Both the position numbers and the translations under genes were made by a program. A model generated the notes under the pieces. The model was not told the origin of the DNA. It saw only the letters and a program-made list of their open reading frames with translations, and did no database searches. DNA of 53,375 bases, the filler included, from Sphacelaria rigidula (Eukaryota): NCBI GenBank assembly GCA_964200075.2. It is 4 parts of 4 records of this genome, joined end to end, with 100 filler letters (N's around TTAATTAATTAA, not from the genome) between each part and the next. Parts side by side here need not be neighbours in the genome. Positions count along the whole stretch, not along the records: positions 13,371 to 26,639 come from CAXNAA020003013.1; positions 26,740 to 40,007 come from CAXNAA020003014.1; 2 more parts are not named here. One strand, written 5' to 3'. Below, in pieces: positions 13,271-26,740 of this stretch (the first letter of the stretch is position 1; each line of letters starts with the position of its first letter).

Positions 13271-13370
13271 NNNNNNNNNNNNNNNNNNNNNNNNNNNNNN
13301 NNNNNNNNNNNNNNTTAATTAATTAANNNNNNNNNNNNNNNNNNNNNNNNNNNNNNNNNNNNNNNNNNNN
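13271..13370. other. Assembly gap with artificial TTAATTAATTAA six-frame-stop linker
   Basis: N-run / ttaattaattaa / N-run; same structure at 26640-26740 and near 40008-40107. Confidence 0.9.
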
Positions 13371-13540
13371 CAACACGGTAAGATCCAGTACGCTGCAGAC
13401 CGCGCGTGCAGCCGCGGCACGATACACTACATACCGCACAGCAAAAATATGAGGCGTAATAGTCAGGTGGTCGACAACCACACCATGTGTTAAGATACCG
13501 ATTGACTGCTGATAAAAAGCCAGCGTGATAAAAAGCCAGC

Positions 13541-13797
13541 GCTGGCTGTTTAGCTCAGTAGTCAATCGGTATCTTAACAAAAGGTAGGTTCTCGGGTTAG
13601 AATCCCTGTGCGAGCAAAAGCATTCTTCGATGTCGGTCGAAAGAAACGGACAAAGACTGAGAATTTGGCTTCGATGTTGAGCACCGGATGCGGGTCGAAG
13701 TCTACCGGTCGGACTGAACAGCATTGGTTACAGGGATAGCAACCCTGGGGTGAGAGTACTCGGGGTCATGCGACGGACCCATCGAACTTATCTTAAC
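13541..13797 (+). mobile_element. Second tRNA-derived SINE-like element (degenerate tRNA head)
   Basis: A-box-like tagctcagtagt and B-box-like gggttagaatccc in 13541-13615; does not fold as an intact cloverleaf; preceded by a 16-bp tandem duplication (tgataaaaagccagcg); 3' boundary approximate. Confidence 0.45.
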
Positions 13798-15645
13798 ATT
13801 ATGACGCAACTATATGCCTCTTATACACTCCCGGTCCCTTCCGCCGTAGAGTAGGCATTTTGAGTTGTGACAAAGGAATGATTCCAAACCCAAAAAGTGT
13901 AGTGTTTACCTCAGTCTACCAGCGGGGGGGTCTCTGTTTAAGGGTATATGCACTAAATATGGATATAGCGTCTCAGTTTTAGAGAGTTGTGCTTTGAAAA
14001 TTCGTTTGGAGAATCGCTACTGCATAATGAAGAAAAAAACATTTTTGTTTTCTCAGGGAAGTTTCAAGGGAAAATGGACAATGCTCTCGAACCTCATGTC
14101 AGTTTTTCAGCTCAATTTCAATAAATGAAATTTGAAGCTCATCATGGAGAAGTTGTATCAAACATACCGAAGAAGTGAAAATGGGCCCTTCTTTTTTTCT
14201 TTGGAGAGGGAAGGGCCTTCTCGTGGAAATATGGTCTTCTCTATAATAATACTAGAGCGTCCTAAGCAAGTGAAGAGAATACATTTATATCAACCTTTCC
14301 CACTTTTTTTGGAGTCGTGCTATGATGGGGGGGGGGAGGGGGGTGTACTCATGATCATCATGCATGCCGTAGTCATAAGACCATTGACCTCGCTATGATG
14401 AGGGGGGGGTATTTGATTGCACGAAAAAAGAGGTTCCTAGGTGTCTCAGACGACCTGCCACACTCGCGGTGCGCTTGTATTTGGTTGAAAACGATACCAA
14501 GCAGTACCAATGAGCGATTTGGAATAACAAGCTCGTTCGAACACCGTTGTTGCTTTCAACGACAATTTGATTTTGGTCGTTTATGGCCTAGCTAGCGAGG
14601 TCCCACTCAAAGATTCGAGGCCCAAGTACCAAAGCTGAGCCTGTAGACGGCCTGGAAAAATGTTCCGAATTTCGCCCGGCCTGGTTTCTGTATCGCCCCG
14701 TCTCACCTCAATTTTGCGGGTTGGACTTCGAAATTTGGTACCGAGGAAGAGTAGGACGTGCTCAAACGTTGTCGTTCGGGACGAATAGTTTTTTTTCCTC
14801 CTCGAGTTGACGGTATTTTCTTGATATCCAGATACTGATTATTGCCATTAACTCCCGACACTCCCGACAGAAAAAAACTGTGCGTTGTAAGCACCAGCGT
14901 TTTAGCATTCCCTTTTCTTCTGCACCAAATTTTGAAGTCTAACTCACAGAGTTGAGGTGAAGCAGGGTCTGCAAACCACAAATTCGCATCTTGACCGGCC
15001 CAGCCTGTACTGTTGTGGAATCCGACATGACTCAACAAGTGTGATGATTGACCTTCGGTGCGCGAAACGCACGGAATAGCCAGTTGTTGTGATGTCACCA
15101 TGTCCAAACACCGTTGTTGCAGTGTCGCCTTTCGTCGCTGCGTTTGCATGAAACCCTTCCATCCTACCATAATAGCTGGTGCCCATCCCGCATGAGAAGT
15201 TTCGAGCCATCGTCTTTGTTGGCTGACCAGAAGCGCCTAGTGGCATTGTCTTGTAACCTGAACGTCACTTGGAACGCTACGACAGTAACTTGCATAGTTT
15301 TTTTGCACTGCATTTTGTGGTAGCGTTCGCTTGACGAAAGGCCTCAACTCGGAGTTCCCTGCGATGTTACTACTGTACTGTATGTACAATGAGGACACGT
15401 CACCATCAACACTTCATGTAGATAAATAAACCTGCACGTCAAGTAGTGTCTGAGAGCATACACCACTGGCACATACCGTGGGGAGGCTCTTCTACATATT
15501 TGTTGCTCTACTGCAACACATAAATCTAAAGCAGACTCAAAAGTGTTTGTACAAAGCAAATTAGCAACATACACAAGACAGGGACGGCACACGAGCTTTC
15601 GATGCTACTACAAAGTCTTGAGGCTGAGAATCGTTTGAGGCGCCT

Positions 15646-18600
15646 TCAAGGATCGCAGCTGTCGAAGCCCTCAAACATCTCGAGCGGTGATCCTATGGAC
15701 GAGTTCTCGGCATCTTCCTTTCCACCGGCGCTTGTTCGCGGTTTCGGGGCGTGGCCCACGGACACCTCCAACTGGTTGCTCACATCTGTTATGATGGTGT
15801 CTGGAGTACAAGTGACGTGAGGGAACAAAGGAAGCGTCAGGAGGATGATCGACTACTTTTCTACCTTCGCCTCTTTGATAGGGAGCAAGACTTGGGTACC
15901 TTCCGTGCGTTGATGTACCGAGTTGTCAACATGGTTGTCAACATGAGACACGCATACATCATCGTTATTAGGCTAACAACATCTCGCATGCTGTTCACCT
16001 GCATCTTGGGGTGGTTGCTCTGGCTGCATATCGGTTGGTACAGGGGGCGCATGATCTTTGTCTGGGGTAACCGCGTCCGATGAGCCGTTCTGTATCCGTG
16101 AAGATGCGCCTCTCGCTGGACCCGGGGTACGCGGCGTTTTCGCGGGCAGTTTGCGAGATGATCCAGGCTGCCGCAGCGAGAACGTAAAAAAGTGTAGAGT
16201 TTCAGCCTGAAGACATTTCACGATCGACCCAACAACTGGCAGGGCTAGACGTGTGCACAGCTTGCGGACACATATCGGAAATCACGGTGAACCTACGCGC
16301 GCCTCGTGGAACAGAGCATCGCCCCGTTTGCTTTTCACGTGCTTGGCCATGAAAAATTTCAGTGCGCACATCCCATGACTTACCATTTTTCTGACGCTGC
16401 GGGGGGTTTCTCTGCCGAGTGCCACCGAGTTGGTTGACTTGGGCGCGGGACTTGCCATGGCAAGCTTCCTGAACTCCTCCTATTTTTTTCGGCAGTTTCC
16501 ATCAACGACAATGACACAAAAAAGAGAGACCAAGGCATTAGCGAGCGAAAGTGAAGAAGAGGCAGGTGCAGTTTGAGTGCACCAACAGGTTCACTTGAGG
16601 TAGTGCGTCATCACAACGAGCACCTCTCTTCATAACCAATATCCCTACAACGGTTGCACATCCAAGACTGCCGCCCGTCTTGAACCGCCATTGTGCACCC
16701 CACTTCGGGTTACCATCATACTGCCTGCTGAATTCCCAGTCTCGCCTCACAAAAGACTGGTTCAAAAACAGACGCATCACGCACCACTTGAACCCCCTCA
16801 TAGAACGAAGCCATTACTTAAGCATCCACGGTCTTTGATGAAGTGAGTGAAGACGCTCTCTGCCCCCCGCCTCCCTCCCAAAACAATGTCTGCAAACGGT
16901 GCAGAATTTAAGCTGACAGGTTTTCAACACATGCTGCATGTAAAGGGGCCTACTTTCCAAACGCAAGGAGGGGAAAAGGTGGGGTCCGATCGGCCGGCAC
17001 GCGGGAAGCACAAAAGGAAGCCAAAGGTCGCACGGCACAGACTTCGTCTACAAGTACAGTGCCTGCTTCGCAAGCAGTATGTCGAGAGCTCACAGCCAGT
17101 CAATCTCATGCCGATGTCACTGTGCTATCCCCTGTACCAACACTGCATCGATCACACGGTGCAAATCAAGATATGACATTCGAGAAAGTACCTTTTTTTT
17201 GGCGTCCTTTGCTGCCTTTATCTGGTCTTTAAATGCTGCGTACTCTTCCTCCGATCGGTGCAGGACATCGAGATACCTGGTGTGAAACGAATTGTTGCCT
17301 TGTCATTTCTTCAGTACAGGAGCTGCGTTGCGTTGGGAACACAAGCGCGCAAACACTTTTATGTTGCCCATATCGGACATAGTGCACTTATTTTTTTTTT
17401 TGTGTAAAACCCGAGCTGGGAAAGACCCAGTGTCGCCGGGGGAGAGTCAAGTCGTGTGCAGTTTACGCATCACCTCAAAATGCATCGTCTCTTTCACCAA
17501 AACCGACATCAAGTACTCCGCCAAGTCGGTGTGGACTACTCTCATTCCGTGCCGAACATACTCGCGCTTAATGTTCAACAGGAGTTTTCTTTTCTGTCAC
17601 CTTTCTCCTTTGTACATGAATGCAGAAGATTGTGCGCTCTCCCACTGGGGGATGATCTTGTTCAGCGCGTTCGTGAGAACCGGCAAACGGTTCTTCACCT
17701 TCTGTTCTGCCTCCAGTTCCATCTTCAACCTGTCCATGCAAGCAGATGAAATAATTTCACAGCAAGGGTCTCCACACCTCCAGCAGACGCACAACGATCA
17801 CATGTTGTGGAAGAAGAGGTAATTTTGCACACTCGTAGTACTTTCACTTTGAGGTCCTGCCCTTTGCCCGCCGCCTTGCAGCCGGGGGGTAAATTTCACC
17901 ATGTTACGATACACAGGCTGTCTCGAATACAGCAGCATGGTGTGTAAATAATGTCACGGCGTGGAGAGATCTGTAGCAGGTACCAGTTAACGTAGAATGT
18001 TTCACCTGCGTGTGAGTGAATTATCTTCCAAAAACATGAAATGACCTAAAGCGCGTCAATTCGTCACTCGAGGAGAAAAGAAAGCATACGACCTTGGTCT
18101 GGTGTTTGAACTCACATCTTCTGCTGCTGGCGACGTTCAGTGACACTGCTACACTTCACCAGTAGACGACTGGGATCCTTCTTGCTTGTCTCCATGAGCA
18201 TCCTCTGCCGTACCAGTGCTTCACGTTCGTCGATTTTCTGCACGAATGAAGGACAAGCGCACGAAGAATATTACGATCACCGCTGTGGTCCTCCGTCATT
18301 CCACGTACCCTTCCTTGACTGGTGCATCGGCAGTCTGTGTCGCGTGCAGATTCGGGCGCGTTGCCATACCTCGAGGATGTTTCTCATAGTATCGAGCTTA
18401 GCTTCCAGCGCTTCCGCTTCCTGTGTGTGCTGCTGAAGGAGCTCATCCGTAAAACCATCTTCAGTCACTTGCATCGGCTTGAAGGCCAACCTCTCAGCGT
18501 CAGAGAAGCTCATCTCGTCCCAGAGCTCTGATGCACAAAAAGGAAGGGGGGAAAACATAACATACTGCTGTCACCTGCTCGTACTCTGCATGGTGCAATT

Positions 18601-21600
18601 GTGCCGTTGGAGTTTCGAAGAAACAATAACAATAACAGTTGTGTGTGTGTATGTGGGGGGGGGGCATATACTAAAACTCTTGGACAGTGGCAAGCCCAGA
18701 GACAAGCCCTTGTTATTTGTATTCGACCATGAAAATCCACGAAAGTACTGCTAGACGCGAAAACTGAAGCCGGAGTTCCGGGGTTTCACGATGATTGTCA
18801 CTACCCCGGTCACATCAAGTATAAATTGTCAGTCTTGAGTCTTTGCGGTTCAAGGAAACGGAGGTGTCTGTCCGGAAAGTCAGTGGCAACACGTTCTTGT
18901 GCGTAAACTCACGTTGTAGTCGTTCCCGTGCCGTGTGCATGAGTTCTCCCATTTTCTCCACCTTTAGCTTACGAAGGCGTTTAAGTTCTTGCTCTCCATG
19001 TTCCAGAGTCTGAACCCCCATCCCATCCACGCTTAGGGCAAATTTGTCCTGTGGCATGCGTGGGCAGAGTGAGTTCAGCGTTCTCCTGACAAATCAACGC
19101 ATGCAGCGCAAACGATTCGACATGTTTTTCATCTACACGCACAAGCGGATCGGGGCAAGTATTTGTTCACTCACGTCGAGGTAATCGGTCAATGGAAGCT
19201 TGTCAAGTGCTGTACTACATGGATTTGAGCGTGTCGACTCTAAGGGCTTGACTACCGACGTGCAAAGGCAGCTGCTCTTCAACCACACCTGTTCATCCTT
19301 GCTGATGCCAAGCTGCTGCCAGAGGTCCAGTATTTCTTCGCCCATCTTCTCCAACTTCTCTCTTCGAGTATCCTAGTATTGTTTACAGTGTACACGGGGC
19401 CATGGGCGAAAAGATCGTTTGACAGAATGTTTCCTCGGGTTGACTGTCGAGTGTTGACTTGAAATTCTGCGCGCATGTCACGAACCGTCGCAATAAATGG
19501 CATAATGATTTTTCTTCGAAGGGGGTCCATGAGTCGAAGCTATGAAAAAAAGGGGAACTGGAGTCATTTCGGAACGTTACGTAACGCCGGATAACTTGCA
19601 AATTGGAATCCTGATGAAATGGGCGCCAAACGTATGGCCTCGTTATGATCATCCCGGACACGTATGCAATTTCAAGTCAAAATTCGAACGCCATCACGGG
19701 CGAACCCGGAAAAATCAAGTGAATGTGTCATTCAGGAGCAATTTGCTTGAATATGTCAGAAATCCAAAACGCTAAAAATGTATTTTCTCGGGATATGTGA
19801 AAAATAAAATGTGGAAATGTTTTTTTTTCACAATAATTTAGGACATATTTCTGTACGTTTTCGTACGATATTGTCTTTCCCATGAAAACGGAGCAAGACA
19901 TGGCCAAATCAGGCCAAGGCATTGTGTTCGTCTTGCCGTTGCCATCAAGTACAGTGCATGGTTTGAAGCTTCGGCTTATCGTTGTTGGACTGAAAGACGT
20001 ACTGCTCAACCGTACTTGCGTCCCTGGCGAAAACCAACCTCTAGTTGTTTGCAGGAAACTTTAATAGTTGCCCAACGTTTCAATCCAGCAGTTGTCTCTG
20101 CACCACTTGTTGTCTTACATCAATGTTGCATTCAGCACTTACCTGCAAACACTAGTTGCACAGGATTCTCGTCCACTAGTAATGTGAAGGCAAAGCTTAG
20201 TTTCATGGCACACGGTACGTGATGGTCTCAAATCCAACAAGCGCTACGCACACGACGCGCTGCACTCACCCTCTGCACCCGTAGCTCTTTTTGCCTGACG
20301 GTCAGCTCATCCAGCGCAGCCCTGTCGATGCCCACTGATGAAGCCGTGCGCTGGATAAGTACAAGAAGTTGCGCACGTAGGCAAGGGTCGGCACCTCTAG
20401 CAGGGGTAAAAGTATATTTCGCTTCCGACTCTAGATCCAATTTTTCCCTACAGCCCGACATTCGTCGCGGCGGGAGAGGTACTCTCAATCCAAGTAGTTA
20501 GGCTGTCAGACATGGCCAGAGACTTTCGAAAATGCAGTTGGCACACGTCTTGGAAGTATGTTCCTGGGGTCGGAGCAAGGACTTGCACCGGGTAAGATTT
20601 TCGGTTCAAGTTGACGGCGCGTCAGACAGGTGTAACTGTTGTGGTGATCAAGAAACATCACTGAGGCGGCCGACTTGTGCACTTTGCACGCCGCACCCTA
20701 TATATAGGCGGCGTGCAGGAAAAATATCATCTCACCAAAGTAATTGTGCGCAAGCGTCAAAACACTCCTGCAGCTAATGAGCGGTTTGCAGAGGCCTTCA
20801 TACTGCTTCAGAATGGTCTGAACAACATGTAAAATGTTTGTATGAAGCCGAAAATGGGGGACGGGGGGGGGCGATGACGCCGGAATTGAGATATGGCACC
20901 CTTCCCTCATGGACAGGAAACATTTGCGTTCTGCCTGTGGGCAATACTCTCCACGAAACACCGAGCGATAAAAAATTGTAGGTACACTCGATAGTTCAAT
21001 TTGATTCTTCGCATTTCGTCGTGTTTTACCTCTGTCGTCTGGAGAATGGGGATCCCTTCGGCGGATGGGATGGCCAGGGAGCCTAGGACACGGTTGTCGA
21101 GCGGTGTGCTGGGGGGAATTTGGAGTTCTTCCATCAACTCTTGGATGGAGCGCACGATAGATGCCACTGTCTGCATGCGATCCTCCTGCACAGAGAAGAG
21201 AAGCGAGGCATGATTACATTTTCGACTACTTTCAACTTTAACCCCCATCCAACGAAACAAATGAGCTGCTCTGAGTCTCTCACCCCATCCCCTCCCCGGC
21301 ACGCCGTGCTTTCCGCCACACTGACTGCTGTTTCTTCATTACTGTCGAGGATTATGTAGTACTTCAGAACAAAAAAAGATCAATTAGCCAATCACGTCGC
21401 TCAAAGAGGAAGTGTGATCGCGCCATTGCAGCACCTAGAGTCAGGTACCAGACCACCAGATGAAGGCTGTTTGGGGTGGAACGTTGGTCAGTGAAACGCG
21501 GGCAACTGAATCTTTGTCTAGGAGCGTTGATTTCGAGAATATATGAGTCACGTTTACAGGCATGACGATGACGAGGGGGAGCATATTACCGTGGCTTTGT

Positions 21601-24600
21601 TGAGCTCGACTTTCTTATCCTTGAAGGCCTGTAATCTGTCATCTGTCAAAGAAGAATCCAGATCTTTCCACTCCTGAAAATCGTCCTCAGCATCATCCCC
21701 AAGAACCATGCTCATGTGTACCACTTCTTCAGATAACTTCTTGAACTTCTCTCGCCGAGCCGTGATCATCTGCGTCATTTGAAAGAAAATAAATGCGTAA
21801 ACAAATGACGAACGACGGACAGTCAAGTGGGGCGAACCGCCAAAACTACGTTTGAAATAATGGCAGAATTCGTGTGCGGAGCAAGTCAGTTTTGGGCATG
21901 TGCAAAATAGTCCGTGACAACCAAGCTTCAAGATTCACTACTCCTAACCCAAACTCAAGCTCTGAAGCGACAACTCTCGCCTGACCCTGAATGGCCCGCA
22001 GCGTACGTCGGCAATGTGAACGTCCGGGTAAAGAAGCGTTTGTTAAGGGTGGATATACGTGTAGGGATGGCTGGACACGATGGGACAACGCAAGAGGCGA
22101 TCTAAACTTTTTGTCGTATATCTATGGTTGATTTTTTTTCGAACATTAACGCTAACGCTAACGCTAACGCTAACGCTAACGCTAACCCCAACCCCGACCC
22201 AAGGCGTACGAGCGTAGGGGGGTGCATAGGTCCTCCTAGGCAACGTGTGCTTGGGTACACATGAAATCGACGCCGCAGGCACCGATTCCGACAAAAACAC
22301 GATCTCGACGAGCTGGGTCCGCTGCTGACCTGCCCCTAACCATAAATTTCCTCAGAACTTCATCAATTCTAAAATCAAGTAGTCATTTTGTCAACCATAA
22401 ATATACGACCAAAGTTTTAGGTCTACTGCAACGCGAATGGGAGTTACTTACTTAGGCCCCATCTTATCGATACAAGAGGCGGTGGTGTGTGTGGGAAAGG
22501 TTACCGCCTTATTCAATTCAGGGTATGAGATTGCCTTATTAAGGCGGTGATCTCTTCATTCAATGCCAGCAAAAGCCAGGAGAGGTTGCCAGTGTAGTGA
22601 ATATATCCCCACGGCACGTCGTCGGGTACAGAATAGACTATGGCCACGCATCATGTACTCACGCGGGTAGGAGGAACCTGAACCCCAATTGTTTGAACCT
22701 GATAATTTCTGCGGCGGTATGTACTTGAAACCTGATGCCAACGACCTCGCTGCCAGTGTTTGGACAAGTTAGAAGACTAACTTGTCCAAACCAACACCTC
22801 CTCTTCGGTGCTGATGCGAGGAACAACGAAAATGACACCCAACATGAATCCACGCCATGGCTGAGAAGTAAACTGTAGCACCGAAGAAATATTAATGCGA
22901 GCTGCGTCCATAAAGCTTAGCCCTTGGGTAGGGGTTAAGCACTACTTCCCCTGAGGCTTGTAGATCAAAAGCATTACATTCTCGTTGCAGTAACTCTTCC
23001 TCTATGCAAGGCGTCCGAGAGGTACTACAGGTGCTTCATGAAGGGCGTATGTATTGTACTGATGCGGACATGTTCGCCTTATATCGGTTCAGAGACAGAT
23101 AGTTACCGCCTTATACGGGGCCCGGCCCGGAATAAGGCGGTGGCCGCCTTATTCTGGGTTTGAGTCGTGCGCGCAGATTTTTGTCGCCTTATATCAAGCC
23201 CCCTACTGTATCGAGTATCAATCGCGATTTTCCGCAATTCTCAGTATCGGGATCACGAGCTGGTAAGCCGATACTTTCGAAACAGAAACTGGCTCTCTCG
23301 GGGGGCCCGCCTGCTGAAACGGGGAGGGGGTAGTGTGTTGACATCATCGGTCCCCCCCTTTACTTGCCAAAATGAACATTCAAAAACATAGAAAAAAAGG
23401 TACAGAGAACAAGAAAACTGGTTGTTTGGCCATTTTCCGAGTAACGTACCAATAAAGAATATTGATATCGACGTTTTCTCGTCGATATTTTGAAAAATCA
23501 TATCGGATTTTTTTTTCCGTTCGATTATCAACACTGCCACCGCCCTTTCGACGAATACTGTAATAAAAATAAATAATTAAAAAAAATGCACGGAGGAACA
23601 ACTCGCTGAGAATACGGGAGGCAACGCGAAAATGGATGTCATGTCATGCGTGGGTATTCTGCTCATCGTAGGGTCTGGACCACACACCATCAGTGCACAG
23701 TCATCTATTGGGTGTGTGACGCACTAGCCTGTTCGCGTGCTGTCATGTCGTCATGTTCTCATGTTCATGATTTTTTTTTCGGATGGAATGGCAAGTGACT
23801 TGCCGCGATTATGGGCTTGTGAGCAGTCACAACCGTTCTCAAGAACACGTTTTTTTTCTCATTTTTTTTCGTCTCGAGTAGACTGGCGTTGATCCTCCAA
23901 CAGCGAGAGGTCATCTGTTGAATCGGCATCAATTTCATCAAAAAGAGGTATGTATGATCCAGATGGACCAACAGGCGCTGACGTCGTTACTAAATCCTAA
24001 GTCAGTCGGGTGTATATCTGGGATGAACGATCGTTTGCTGCTTCGATGAAATCTGCTGCAGTCAAGTTCACACGTAGGACGCGGAGGGGACTGCACGGGA
24101 TGGGGCATGTAGATGACACACATCATCTTGTCCAACTCAAGCGTCCGTTTGTTCAAGTTTGTCTGTGGCATCACAACGAACGTCAACGTTTCGCGTTCGA
24201 AACATTATCCCTACCGACAACAGTACAGTATAGTGCAGTATCCAGTACCATACCCCAGTCTACCCCTACAGAGTAAGTAGTATAGTATAGTTGTGCAGGT
24301 AGCAAGGACCACTGACGTGCTTTTGTAAACAAATGTCGTGTATCCAACCTCTTCCGCAAGGGAACCCGTGGGCAGAACGCACGCCATACTCACCTCACTC
24401 AAAGAGCTAGCCTCCGACTCAAAGTGCGACAGCTGATCTGTTAGACTCATATCCGCAGCCGAGGAATCCTGTTTATACACCGCGAATTTTGAAATTGAAC
24501 GTTTCATGAGTCGGAGTAACAGTGAGGAGCAGATGTTGTGGAGAGAGAGGTGACGCAGTTGGTGTTGATTGTTTGTACAGAGAAGTGGCCACCGTAGCTG

Positions 24601-25327
24601 AACCCGCAGCTTTTGGGAAGCCCAGTGCAACTACAGTTACCATGAAGCACAGGCGAGCAGTGCAAAACTACAGCGCCCTCGGCCTGCTCGGATACCAGTT
24701 GGCCCTCGGTTGATCGATGATATTTGATCTGTATGGACTCGTGCTTATATAAAAAACCTGCGGCGTACCTCGACGTGCTCTTGGCCCAACACCCCCCTGT
24801 CTCTCCTGATCCGATTCTTGGCGTCTGCGATGGAGGCTTCGAATTGAGCCTTGACACCTTGCTCCTGCTTCTCCTGCGACATGTCCGTCCGACAATAAGT
24901 TCATACGATACAGTCGTGAGGGTCCGACATGTACTTGACTTCGATGAACGCACACCCACACTACACTGCCAGCTACCAACGGTCACACAGACGATAGAGA
25001 CAGGACGGACAGACAACAGTTGTACAGCAGTCACCGAAAAGAAAGTTTGAAATTACGAGTGTGACGCGAGGCTGTCCTCCCCATCACAACAAATAGAGCT
25101 TTTACAGACATGAACACACATACCACTGTGGAACATCTCCTCACCTTATTTTCGCATAGCGTTCGAAATCCGTCGAGAAGACCGCCCATCTGTCGCCGCT
25201 TCTCGCAAGAGCTATATCCGACCTCATCCCAGAGTTTTTCCAGACGGTTGGTGGTTTCCGTGGCAAGCGCAACCAACTCCGCGATGCGACCACCAGCTGG
25301 ACCGACGTCGACGCGATCAATCGACAT
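15646..25327 (-). CDS. MAP65: MAP65/Ase1/PRC1 family microtubule-associated protein, 15 exons, ~637 aa
   Basis: Exons 25327-25145, 24873-24769, 24468-24394, 21769-21590, 21185-21030, 20350-20270, 19372-19289, 19048-18913, 18527-18370, 18237-18116, 17729-17601, 17276-17192, 16479-16384, 16167-15999, 15800-15646. All are GT-AG, phases close, and the total is 1914 nt. Family motifs: LEKLWDEVGYS, LWQQLGIS, ELKRLRKLK, LWDEMSFS, DPSRLL, RLPVLTNALNKIIPQWE..F.YKGERYL; basic S/TP-rich tail. Confidence 0.9.
22147..22260 (+). repeat. Telomere-like (TAACGC)6/TAACCC tract inside a dispersed repeat
   Basis: taacgc x6 then taaccccaaccccgaccc; the flank ...cctaggcaacgtgtg is homologous to the reverse complement of 51600-51684. 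Confidence 0.65.
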
Positions 25328-25904
25328 GTTTTCTTCCTCTTCCCAAGATAATGCGACCGGCCAGCTGTCTCCAGGTAGAGCAAACGTGAGTGTGCTATAG
25401 AGTTTGTACCCTCCCGCCTCCAGGCAGTGGTTGTAATCGCGGACCGCGCTGCCGTTGATAAAACGTCAACTACTCCACTGCAACGTTGTGTTCAGTTTTT
25501 GAATTTTCTATTTCCGTGGAGGTGGAACGCTGGGAGCGGAAACCTAGTGAATCAGTACAGCACTACAGAATAATTTGCGACGAGCACGTTCTTTCCTTGA
25601 ACCGGATCAGGAGATGAAATCTTCGAGCTACACACTCAATCGTGGCAGTTGGCGTTTGATTCTACTTTGACGGTTGGGGTGTATATTCGTGTCAACTTTT
25701 TAATATTCACTTTCGACAAAACAACAATAACCCAAACCCGTTCGTGGGCGGTCTTCAACCAGCAAGGATCATCCAGGTGTTTTGATCCCTAGTTTGAATT
25801 CGCCAGTATCAGCCTTTGAATCGGTTCGTAAACTCGAAAACTGTTTGACGGTTAGGACGTGTGGTCGAATCTTGGCGAGGTCACACGATCTATATTATTT
25901 TCTC

Positions 25905-26002
25905 ATCATGCCCAGCAGTGGAGAGCGACTTGTTTGGCGGGTATACAAAATTCGACTTAACGGTCGAGGGAGGAAAGCGACCGCCAAACCCTTTTCGCGA
26001 TA
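25905..26002 (+). mobile_element. Internal fragment of the tRNA-SINE family
   Basis: catgcccagcagtggagagcgact...caaaattcgacttaacggtcga matches 40119-40180. Confidence 0.65.
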
Positions 26003-26639
26003 AACCCTTTTGTTACTGGCAGTGAAAAATGGCTGATTTCGAAGTTCTACTTTTTCAAAACATATGGCTGATTGTTTGCAGCTTTCAAGCAAAGGGTATG
26101 GCATACGAACTTAGTAGTAGGTTATGTCATCTCCTTTGCTTCCAAGCACAACCATTTTGACAAAGGCGTGTTTTTCAGACCCGCGACCGCTTCAAACTGT
26201 TGTAAATCGCGTGAAAACTGTGTCGCACCTCAGTCCTTCCACGTGTGGTGAGGTGACTTCCGTGTACTCGACCATACTACTTTGTTTCTGTAATGTGACT
26301 TAGCACGCTTGTCAAGTGTTGGGCGGGTACGACCTCCGGATTATAGCACGATACACCGGTGGGGTGCGCCACCTATTATAATATATAAACATGTGCCGCA
26401 GTGCGACACTGGACTCAACATGAAGAAAATAAAGTAGTGGCAAGGATCTGTCAAAAATATGTTTCGGGACACGCAGGCCCCAAAACCAAAAATTCGAGTT
26501 TTTGAGTGTGAGGGGGGTAAGGGGGGGGACACCCAGTCGTGTGTCCCCTGGTTTTTCGCCGAGGCGTTGGCGGATGTGATCAGCTGCCAACAGTGTTTTC
26601 GTGAGATTGAGAGTAGTAGATGATACGATTGATAGTGGC

Positions 26640-26740
26640 NNNNNNNNNNNNNNNNNNNNNNNNNNNNNNNNNNNNNNNNNNNNTTAATTAATTAANNNNN
26701 NNNNNNNNNNNNNNNNNNNNNNNNNNNNNNNNNNNNNNNT
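26640..26740. other. Assembly gap with TTAATTAATTAA linker
   Basis: N-run / linker / N-run. Confidence 0.9.
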
